A DNA stretch of 64,000 nucleotides from Armatimonadota bacterium (GTDB taxonomy: Bacteria; Armatimonadota; Fimbriimonadia; Fimbriimonadales; GBS-DC), in contig JBBIML010000006.1 in assembly GCA_037444405.1 (NCBI GenBank), forward strand, positions 177,438 through 241,437, given 5' to 3'. The position numbers and the translations under genes are program-made. The notes beneath the pieces were generated by a model, which was not told the origin of the DNA, ran no database searches, and saw only the letters and a list, made by a program, of their open reading frames with translations. Position 1 is the first letter of the stretch. Every line of letters begins with the position of its first letter. Below are positions 57,514-64,000 of the stretch, in pieces.

Positions 57514-58341
57514 ATGGCACGAAAGGCGAAGTGGCTTGGGATCATCAGCGTCGCAACGGCGCTGCTTGGCGTTGCTATTGCGCAAACGCCTGTGGACAAA
57601 CTGGAGCTAACGGGCAAAATGTCCTTCCGGCTCAACGACTCGCCCTATTACATCCGGCTCGGCGTGGCATGCGACATCCCGGCGTTTGAAGGCGGTATCG
57701 GGGATCAGCAACCGCTCTGCATCACCTTTGCCGACCTGAATAACGACGGCATCGCCCTGGACTTTCAGCTCACCATTAACCAGATGGTGAACTCGATCCA
57801 ATCCACTGAGACGGTCACCTGGATTGCGCAGGTGCTGTCGTCCAATCAGGTTCGCTGGACAACGCAGCGCACTTTTAGCCCCCCACACTGCACCGTCATC
57901 ACTATTTCGGGCACAGACTATATTTTCCAGATGGACGAGATTTATGGTCAGTTCCAGCTGGAGATAACCGAGGGCAGCTGCGCTCCTGACCCCTATAACT
58001 GCTTCGGTTGTGGGGTGGATCTGTCGCTGGCGCCGTTTGGCGGCGCGGATGCGAACTACATGGGCTTCAACGGGCGTGCGATGCTGGGCGGAACCTGTGA
58101 TTCTGGACCTGTGCCCGCCTGCGCGCGCGCCTATGACCTGCAGATCAACGCCTACAGCGGTGGATTGTCCAGCCAGGGTGATGTGAACGGCGACTGCGTG
58201 GTGGACGATGCCGACCTGCTGGCTGTGCTGTTCGCCTTTGGGCAGAGCGGCTCCGGGCTTGCGGAGGACATCAACCGCGACGGCACGGTGGACGACGCCG
58301 ACCTGCTGATTGTGCTGTTTAACTTCGGCAACAGCTGCTGA
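57514..58341 (+). CDS. Secreted protein with a C-terminal Cys-terminated dockerin-like module.
   Basis: Signal peptide. C-terminus [21 protein letters not shown]...DINRDGTVDDADLLIVLFNFGNSC*. Confidence 0.75.
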   Translation: MARKAKWLGIISVATALLGVAIAQTPVDKLELTGKMSFRLNDSPYYIRLGVACDIPAFEGGIGDQQPLCITFADLNNDGIALDFQLTINQMVNSIQSTETVTWIAQVLSSNQVRWTTQRTFSPPHCTVITISGTDYIFQMDEIYGQFQLEITEGSCAPDPYNCFGCGVDLSLAPFGGADANYMGFNGRAMLGGTCDSGPVPACARAYDLQINAYSGGLSSQGDVNGDCVVDDADLLAVLFAFGQSGSGLAEDINRDGTVDDADLLIVLFNFGNSC

Positions 58342-58342
58342 A

Positions 58343-58384
58343 GCCCCCTCACCCGTACCCTCTCCCCCACTGGGGGAGAGGGGC
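58343..58384. repeat. REP-like nested palindromic element, copy d, with a partial extra unit to about 58413.
   Basis: gccccctcacccgtaccctctcccccactgggggagaggggc is the reverse orientation of copy a. Confidence 0.6.
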
Positions 58385-58500
58385 TAAACTCTCTCCCTCT
58401 CCGTGGGGAGAATGTCAGGATGATGGGCAAACTGGGAATCCAAACCGGCAGGAATCTCGACCAATGGGTAGAATCTTGTAAGCGAGGAGGTCGCAGAGCA

Positions 58501-59346
58501 ATGAAGCGTCATGGGTTCACTTTGATCGAGTTGCTGGTCGTTATCGCGATCATCGCCATTCTGGCGGCGATCCTGTTCCCGGTGTTCGCACAAGCGCGCG
58601 AGAAAGCGCGCCAGACCCACTGCGTCAACAACATGAAGCAGTTCGCTCTGGCGGTCTACCAGTACATTCAGGATTACGACGAGACCTTCCCCATGAGCGT
58701 CTATCGCTCGCGGGTGGGCAATCAGGAGTGCGCCTTCACCATGATAGCCGCAATTCAGCCCTATGTCAAGAACGACGCCCTCTATGAGTGCCCATCGGCG
58801 CGCAGAGCGATGGACCTCGATGGCTTCTGGATGCGGCTGCTTAACATCCCCGATTGCTCCCGGTTCCGCTACTTCAGCTATGTCGCCAATTTCGCCCTGT
58901 TCGAGGATGGTCCGAACAACGACATTACTGGCGCCCGCAATCAACACCCCATCAAAATGGCGGAACTGGAGTTCCCTGTCGAGACCGCCGCTTTCCAGGA
59001 TGGTCACCTGACCGTTCAGGGTGGCAGCGGACAGTGCGACCTGTTTAACTCGCCCATCGAAGGGCGTCATAACGAGACGGTCACGGTGGGGTACGCTGAT
59101 GGGCACGCGAAGTCGCTGAAGGTGAAGAAAGCCGATGTCCAGTGCATTAATATCGACAATAAGACCTTTACTCTGTGGTGTGTGCAGTCGCCGCCCTACA
59201 ACCGCAGCTGGGATAACTCGGCAGGCAGATGCAACGCTCAGGTGAAGACCTGTCAATCTTCACCCTATATTGCAGGCTCGCGCGACCTGTGGGGTATCCC
59301 GGTGCAGGATCAGCAGGGCACAAAGTGCGTGAGGGCACTGCGATAG
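58501..59346 (+). CDS. Prepilin-type N-terminal cleavage/methylation domain protein of the DUF1559 (H-x9-DG) type.
   Basis: [25 protein letters not shown], a C-terminal [13 protein letters not shown] motif, and SD aggagg at 58486. Confidence 0.85.
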   Translation: MKRHGFTLIELLVVIAIIAILAAILFPVFAQAREKARQTHCVNNMKQFALAVYQYIQDYDETFPMSVYRSRVGNQECAFTMIAAIQPYVKNDALYECPSARRAMDLDGFWMRLLNIPDCSRFRYFSYVANFALFEDGPNNDITGARNQHPIKMAELEFPVETAAFQDGHLTVQGGSGQCDLFNSPIEGRHNETVTVGYADGHAKSLKVKKADVQCINIDNKTFTLWCVQSPPYNRSWDNSAGRCNAQVKTCQSSPYIAGSRDLWGIPVQDQQGTKCVRALR

Positions 59347-59392
59347 TCGGCTTTCTTCAGCACCGCTGGCGGGGGAGGTTCCTCCTGCAGGT

Positions 59393-59417
59393 AAGGGGGG
59401 ACCTCCCCTTTACTTTT
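59393..59417. terminator. Hairpin plus T-run between the convergent DUF1559 and purF genes.
   Basis: aagggg-ggacct-cccctt followed by tacttttat. Confidence 0.4.
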
Positions 59418-60894
59418 ATGGGACGGCGGCGGTCTGTTCGAACAGGTACTTATCCAGTTCCACATCGTCGGGGATGGGGATGGGGTAATCGCCGTTGAAG
59501 CAGGCGAGGCAGAACCGCTCGCGCGGCTGACCGCTGGCACGCAATAGTCCCTCGATGCTCAGGTACCCCAGGGTGGTTGCGCCCACCTGCTGGCGCACAT
59601 CCTCCACCGTGTGGTGGGCGGCGACCAGCTCGCGCTGGGTCGCCATATCGATGCCGTAATGGCAGGGAAAGCGAATGGGCGGCGCGGTGATGCGCAGGTG
59701 CACCTCGCGCGCGCCCGCCTCAAACAGCAGTCGCACAATCTGGCGCGTGGTCGTGCCTCGCACAATCGAGTCGTCCACCACCACCAGCCGCTTGCCCGCA
59801 ATCACCTCGCGCAGGGGGGTGAGCTTTAGGCGCACGCTGATCTCCCGTGTGCGCTGGTCGGGCTGAATGAAGGTGCGCGGCGCATAACGGTTCTTGATCA
59901 GCCCCTCGCCGTACGGGATGCCCGACTGCTGGGCGTAGCCCACCGCCGCCGGCACGCCCGAATCGGGCACAGGAATCACCAGCTCGGCGTCGGCGGGATG
60001 CTCCCGTGCCAGCTCGATACCCATGCGCCGACGCACTTCATAGAGCAGCTGGTCATACAGGTGGCTATCGGGTCGCGCGAAGTAGATGAGTTCGAACATG
60101 CAGAGCGCCTCGCGCTGGCAGGGCAACCCTCTGAAGGAGCGGACACCCTGCTCATCGATCAGCACAATCTCGCCTGGTTGCACCTCGCGCAGGAACTGGG
60201 CGCCAATCGGGTGCAGGGCGCAGGTCTCCGACGCCAGCACCCATGCCTCACCCAGCCGTCCCAGACAGAGCGGGCGCACGCCGAACGGGTCGCGCACCCC
60301 AATCAGCTGCGTGGGGGTCAGAATCGCCAGCGAGTAGGCGCCGCGCACCTGACGCATCGCATCCCGTATCGCCGCCACAATATCGCCCCGATAGGCGCGG
60401 GCAATCAGGCGCAGAATCACCTCTGAGTCGTTGGTGGTCTCAAATATCTCGCCCTCGCGCTCCAGCGCGGCTCGTAAATGATGCGCGTTCACCAGATTGC
60501 CGTTGTGCGCAATCGCGATGTTGCCGTCGGAGGTGGGGCACGCTAGCGGCTGCACATTGCGAATGGTGGATGAGCCGGTGGTGGAGTAGCGGGTGTGCCC
60601 GACGGCAATATGCCCGCGCAGGCTGTCCAGAATCGGCTCACTGAACACGCGCGCGACCAGCCCTAAATCTTTATACATGCGCACGGTTCTGCCGTCGGAG
60701 ACGGCGATGCCCGCGCTCTCCTGCCCGCGATGCTGGAGCGCGAACAGCCCGAAGTAGGTCAGCCGTGCCGCGTCCCTGCCCGGAGCGTAGATGCCGAACA
60801 GCCCGCACTCCTCCCGCGCCTCGCCCACAGCAACTCTATTGTACCCTCTCTCTGAAGGTATAATCGATGGGCTTACTATGGGCAGGATGCCCAT
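59416..60894 (-). CDS. purF: Amidophosphoribosyltransferase. The start is uncertain; a GTG at 60828 would give a short propeptide before the catalytic Cys.
   Basis: EECGLFGIY Ntn-Cys motif, a PRT motif (LVVVDDSIVRGTT) and Fe-S Cys residues near the C-terminus. The upstream 22 codons overlap a divergent promoter. Confidence 0.9.
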   Translation of the reverse strand: MGILPIVSPSIIPSERGYNRVAVGEAREECGLFGIYAPGRDAARLTYFGLFALQHRGQESAGIAVSDGRTVRMYKDLGLVARVFSEPILDSLRGHIAVGHTRYSTTGSSTIRNVQPLACPTSDGNIAIAHNGNLVNAHHLRAALEREGEIFETTNDSEVILRLIARAYRGDIVAAIRDAMRQVRGAYSLAILTPTQLIGVRDPFGVRPLCLGRLGEAWVLASETCALHPIGAQFLREVQPGEIVLIDEQGVRSFRGLPCQREALCMFELIYFARPDSHLYDQLLYEVRRRMGIELAREHPADAELVIPVPDSGVPAAVGYAQQSGIPYGEGLIKNRYAPRTFIQPDQRTREISVRLKLTPLREVIAGKRLVVVDDSIVRGTTTRQIVRLLFEAGAREVHLRITAPPIRFPCHYGIDMATQRELVAAHHTVEDVRQQVGATTLGYLSIEGLLRASGQPRERFCLACFNGDYPIPIPDDVELDKYLFEQTAAVP

Positions 60895-60900
60895 GCTACG

Positions 60901-61791
60901 GTGATGAGCTGGCGCGTCTCTTTACATGGCGGGCACAGCGGGGAGTTCTGCAAGCATGCAGAAGGCTCCCTGCGTTCGATTCTGGAGGCGGCGGAGCGCG
61001 CGGGCTATGCCGTCTTCGGCGTGAGCGAGCATATGCCGCGCGTTGAGCCGCGCTACCTCTACACCACCGAGCGCGAAAAGGGCTGGACGGTGCAGACGCT
61101 CGAAACGCTCTTCGAGCGCTATGCGGTCGCCATACGCGAACTCGCGCACGAGTTTGAGGGGCGACTCGTGGTGCTGTGCGGCTTCGAGATCGAAGTGGTG
61201 CCGCCCGATCGCTGGATGCAGCTGGTGGAGCGCTATCGCCGCGACTATGCGTTCGATTACATCGTCGGCTCGGTGCATTTCATTCGTGACGGCGGCATCG
61301 ACAGCGACCCCGACGAACCCGACACACGCCGCGCGATTATCGAGTGTGGCGGCGTGGAGAACCTGGCGGTGGAGTATTACCGCGCGATGGCGGAGATGGT
61401 TCAGGCGGTGCGCCCGGAGGTGGTGGCGCACTTCGATCTGGTGCGCTTGTTGGCGCATCGGGTGGGCGAGGCGCAGGCGGCGGAGACGCCCCGCGTGCGC
61501 AACGCTGCCCTCAACGCGCTGGAAGCCGTCCAGGCCGCTGGCTCGCTGCTGGAGGTGAACACGGCGGGCATCCGCAAGGGGCTGGGCGCTCCCTATCCCG
61601 CCGACTGGATTGTGCAGACCGCCGCCGCGATGGGCATCCCGTTCTGCTTCAGCGACGACAGCCACCGCCCGGAACAGGTCGGCTTTGGGCTGGAGGCTGC
61701 CCGCGAGCATCTGTTGCGCAACGGCGTCCGCGAAGTGCAGTTCCTCACGCGCCAGAACGGCGCTATCGTGCGAGCGACTGCAATGCTGTGA
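60901..61791 (+). CDS. PHP-family histidinol-phosphatase (HisJ/HisK type).
   Basis: SLHGGHSGEFCKHA...GVSEHMPR...GSVHF...HFDL... shows the PHP metal-binding His pattern. Confidence 0.8.
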   Translation: MMSWRVSLHGGHSGEFCKHAEGSLRSILEAAERAGYAVFGVSEHMPRVEPRYLYTTEREKGWTVQTLETLFERYAVAIRELAHEFEGRLVVLCGFEIEVVPPDRWMQLVERYRRDYAFDYIVGSVHFIRDGGIDSDPDEPDTRRAIIECGGVENLAVEYYRAMAEMVQAVRPEVVAHFDLVRLLAHRVGEAQAAETPRVRNAALNALEAVQAAGSLLEVNTAGIRKGLGAPYPADWIVQTAAAMGIPFCFSDDSHRPEQVGFGLEAAREHLLRNGVREVQFLTRQNGAIVRATAML

Positions 61792-62527
61792 GCAGATCGG
61801 CGTACCGCTGGAAGTAGTCATGCGCGCTCTGCCCGCCTGCCACCGGGAGCGGCTGTTCGAGTGTGTCGGCGAGGATCAGCGGCACACCGAGCTGACGGGC
61901 GACCGCTTCCGCAAGGGGGGCTGGACTCGCGCTCAACACGCCGGCTAACGGCACGCGCCGCGCTCGCTCCATCAGCTGGCGCAGGCGCAGCAGGCTGGGC
62001 GGATGCTCCTCGTCGGGCTGCAGACTGCCCAGCGAACGCAGCCCCAGCGAGCGGGTCAGCGGGCGATAGGCGTCGTGCAGCGCCAGATAATATTTGCCCT
62101 GCAGGCGGCTCCGCAGCTGGTCGCGCTGATGCTCCAGCTGGCGGAAGAGCAGTTGCACCCGCCGCCACGCTTGACGCACCGCGCGGTTTGTCAGTCCATC
62201 CTGCTCCGCCCAGTGCATGAGCCATGCACAGCATTCCCGCGCGGAGCGCAGATCGAGCCAGATGTGTAGGTCATCAGGCGGCGGCTGCAGATGCTTTATC
62301 AGGCGCATCACGGGCGGGCAGCGCGCGCCCAGCGCCCGCTGGAGCGTCGGTAGATAGCTCTCGATGGCGCCAATCGCCACGATTCGGCGCGACCGCGCCG
62401 CCGCGCGAACCATCCGCACGGTCAGCATCACCTCGTGTGCATCCACCCCGCGCGGCTGAAGCAACACCACTGGCAGCTTTAGTGCCCGCAACCAGTCCTC
62501 AATCACAATCAGCGTGGCAGCGTACAT
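61763..62527 (-). CDS. ZnuA/TroA-like solute-binding-fold protein lacking a signal peptide.
   Basis: DLHIWLDLRSA...LALHDAYRPL...PPSLLRLRQLMERARR follows the cluster-9 metal SBP pattern. The N-terminus is short and not hydrophobic. Confidence 0.45.
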   Translation of the reverse strand: MYAATLIVIEDWLRALKLPVVLLQPRGVDAHEVMLTVRMVRAAARSRRIVAIGAIESYLPTLQRALGARCPPVMRLIKHLQPPPDDLHIWLDLRSARECCAWLMHWAEQDGLTNRAVRQAWRRVQLLFRQLEHQRDQLRSRLQGKYYLALHDAYRPLTRSLGLRSLGSLQPDEEHPPSLLRLRQLMERARRVPLAGVLSASPAPLAEAVARQLGVPLILADTLEQPLPVAGGQSAHDYFQRYADLLTALQSLAR

Positions 62528-62529
62528 CG

Positions 62530-64000
62530 CTACTCCCCACCCTGCAACTGCGCATATTCGGCACGCAGTGGCTCCGCCTGTTTCGATTCGCCCTGCTCAA
62601 TTAGCAGGCGAATCAACCCCTCCAGCGTGCGCAGGTGCGCCAGCCGAATCTGCTGTTCGCGCTCCGGGTTGTACAGTCCCAGCTCGCGTCCCATGCGGTT
62701 GAAGGGTAAGGTCAGCTCGCGATAGGCACGGAACACCCCGAGCGCGGCTTCATACTCGGCGCGGGCGCGTGCGGGCGCACCCTGCGCTTCGTAATGTTGT
62801 GCCAGCGCGAGGTGCGCGAAGCCGTACGCCGTCTCCACCATTTCAGGCACGGCGCGCACGCGCCCATAGGGACTGCGCTCCAGCGCCACGATGCGCTGAT
62901 AGTATTCCAGCGCGCCGGGTGATAGAATCGGCTGGCTGGGATTGGGCGTCTCGTACTGCGCCAGTTTGAGCAGGGCGGGCAGATTGTTTGGGTCGATCTG
63001 CAGCACCTGCTCGAAAGCGTTGCGGGCGCGGGTGCGATTGCCCTCACGCTCATAGTACAATCCCAGTTTGTACCAGAATCGGGGCGCGGGCTTGAGCTGA
63101 ACGGCGCGCTCCATCAGCGTGAAGGCGGTCTCGCGTCGCCCCAGCATGTAGTAAAGTTCGCCCGCATCCATGAGGTAGTCGGGGTTGTTCGAATCGAGCG
63201 AGCGGGCGACGCTCAGCAGTTCGGCAGCCTGTGGCGCGTGCCCGATGAGCGCGTGGTAGCGTGCCTGGTTCGCATACAGTTCGCCCAGCCCCATGCTGGC
63301 GAGGCTCATTCCGAGCGCGGCGCTTAGCACCAGCGCGGTGCCCCGCCGCTCAATCACGCCTAACGGCACGGTGTACACGCCATCGATGGCTAACGCCAAC
63401 CCCAGCGCGAGCAGCCCCATCAGCGTCAGCAGATTCGCGAAGCAGGTGATGTCCGAATCGACACCGTTGTGCAGGGCGCCCGCGATCACGCCCGCCACCA
63501 CGCCCAGCCGGATCGGGCGCCAGTCCGTTATTGATGCCCGCTGCATATGGAGTGCGGAAGCTCCGCTTCCGCGGTCCAAAGAACCTCTGGAGTGCGGCAG
63601 CCCCGATTCGGCTGGTAGTTCAGGCTGGAGCGCGCGGGTTAGCCAGCCAATCCCCATCGCGACCAGCAACAGCAACGCGGGCAGCCCTGCCTCCGCCATC
63701 AAATCGAGATAGCTGTTGTGCGCCAGTCGGGTGAAGCCGACACTGGCGTAGCGCGGATAGCGCCACTCGAACGCGCCCGGTCCAACGCCCAGAATCGGGT
63801 TCGCCAGCGCCATCCGCAGCGTGCCCTTCCATGTTTCGAGGCGGAACGAACCGGAATGGACATCCTGCGCCGCTGCCTGCGGGGTCAATCGCTGCACCGC
63901 GGGCTGGCTCAACCACAGCACGGCTGACAGCAGCAGCACCACCAGCCCCAGTCGCAGCAGGAAGTCGCGCGTGAGCAGTCGCCAGGCGAGCGCCAGCCCC
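62530..64000 (-). CDS. O-antigen-ligase-like (Wzy_C) membrane domain fused to C-terminal TPR repeats. It is 5'-partial, with the ORF open to the window edge.
   Basis: ILGVGPGAFEWRY...AHNSYLDLMAEAGLPALLL is followed by TM segments and several TPR-like repeats (A..Y..AL..DP.N). There is no stop codon between 63943 and 64000 in frame. Confidence 0.6.
   Translation of the reverse strand, partial: GLALAWRLLTRDFLLRLGLVVLLLSAVLWLSQPAVQRLTPQAAAQDVHSGSFRLETWKGTLRMALANPILGVGPGAFEWRYPRYASVGFTRLAHNSYLDLMAEAGLPALLLLVAMGIGWLTRALQPELPAESGLPHSRGSLDRGSGASALHMQRASITDWRPIRLGVVAGVIAGALHNGVDSDITCFANLLTLMGLLALGLALAIDGVYTVPLGVIERRGTALVLSAALGMSLASMGLGELYANQARYHALIGHAPQAAELLSVARSLDSNNPDYLMDAGELYYMLGRRETAFTLMERAVQLKPAPRFWYKLGLYYEREGNRTRARNAFEQVLQIDPNNLPALLKLAQYETPNPSQPILSPGALEYYQRIVALERSPYGRVRAVPEMVETAYGFAHLALAQHYEAQGAPARARAEYEAALGVFRAYRELTLPFNRMGRELGLYNPEREQQIRLAHLRTLEGLIRLLIEQGESKQAEPLRAEYAQLQGGE

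Overview
High-GC (over 60% by eye) bacterial chromosomal segment, densely coding on both strands and mostly housekeeping. Recognised genes include radA, a plsY fusion, trpE, gcvT, radC, the dnaG-rpoD pair, ispG, dapF, a P-type ATPase, atpBEFHAG, infB, a DUF503 gene with rbfA, serS, maf, rsmA, argB, purF and a PHP histidinol phosphatase. There is also a strong envelope and secretome component. It comprises two PEP-CTERM proteins, a DUF1559 prepilin-type protein, four loci with a Cys-terminated dockerin-like C-terminal module, and a GDP-mannose-dehydrogenase plus three-GT4 polysaccharide cluster. That combination suggests an Armatimonadota- or Planctomycetota-like organism, but this is a low-confidence inference. 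No rRNA, tRNA or CRISPR array was seen. The most notable observations are: (1) a RecQ-type helicase fused to a ComFC-like phosphoribosyltransferase domain, translationally coupled to a divergent DprA/Smf (SLOG-fold) gene and sitting next to a mobile-element remnant. (2) A 268-aa intein inserted in IspG directly before the third [4Fe-4S]-ligand cysteine. (3) Two inverted 231-bp MITE-like IS4-derived elements bracketing a 4.5-kb block (decayed gene, ispG, a tlpA-like gene, dapF). (4) A low-GC two-gene island at the left edge. (5) A PlsY-AMMECR1-like fusion. (6) A nested-palindrome REP-like repeat family. (7) A promoter, structured leader and terminator unit upstream of an HNH gene. (8) Several probable leaderless genes behind a TATAATAGRG-type -10 element. 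Many very long ORFs in the track are antisense artefacts of the GC-rich codon usage and were rejected.
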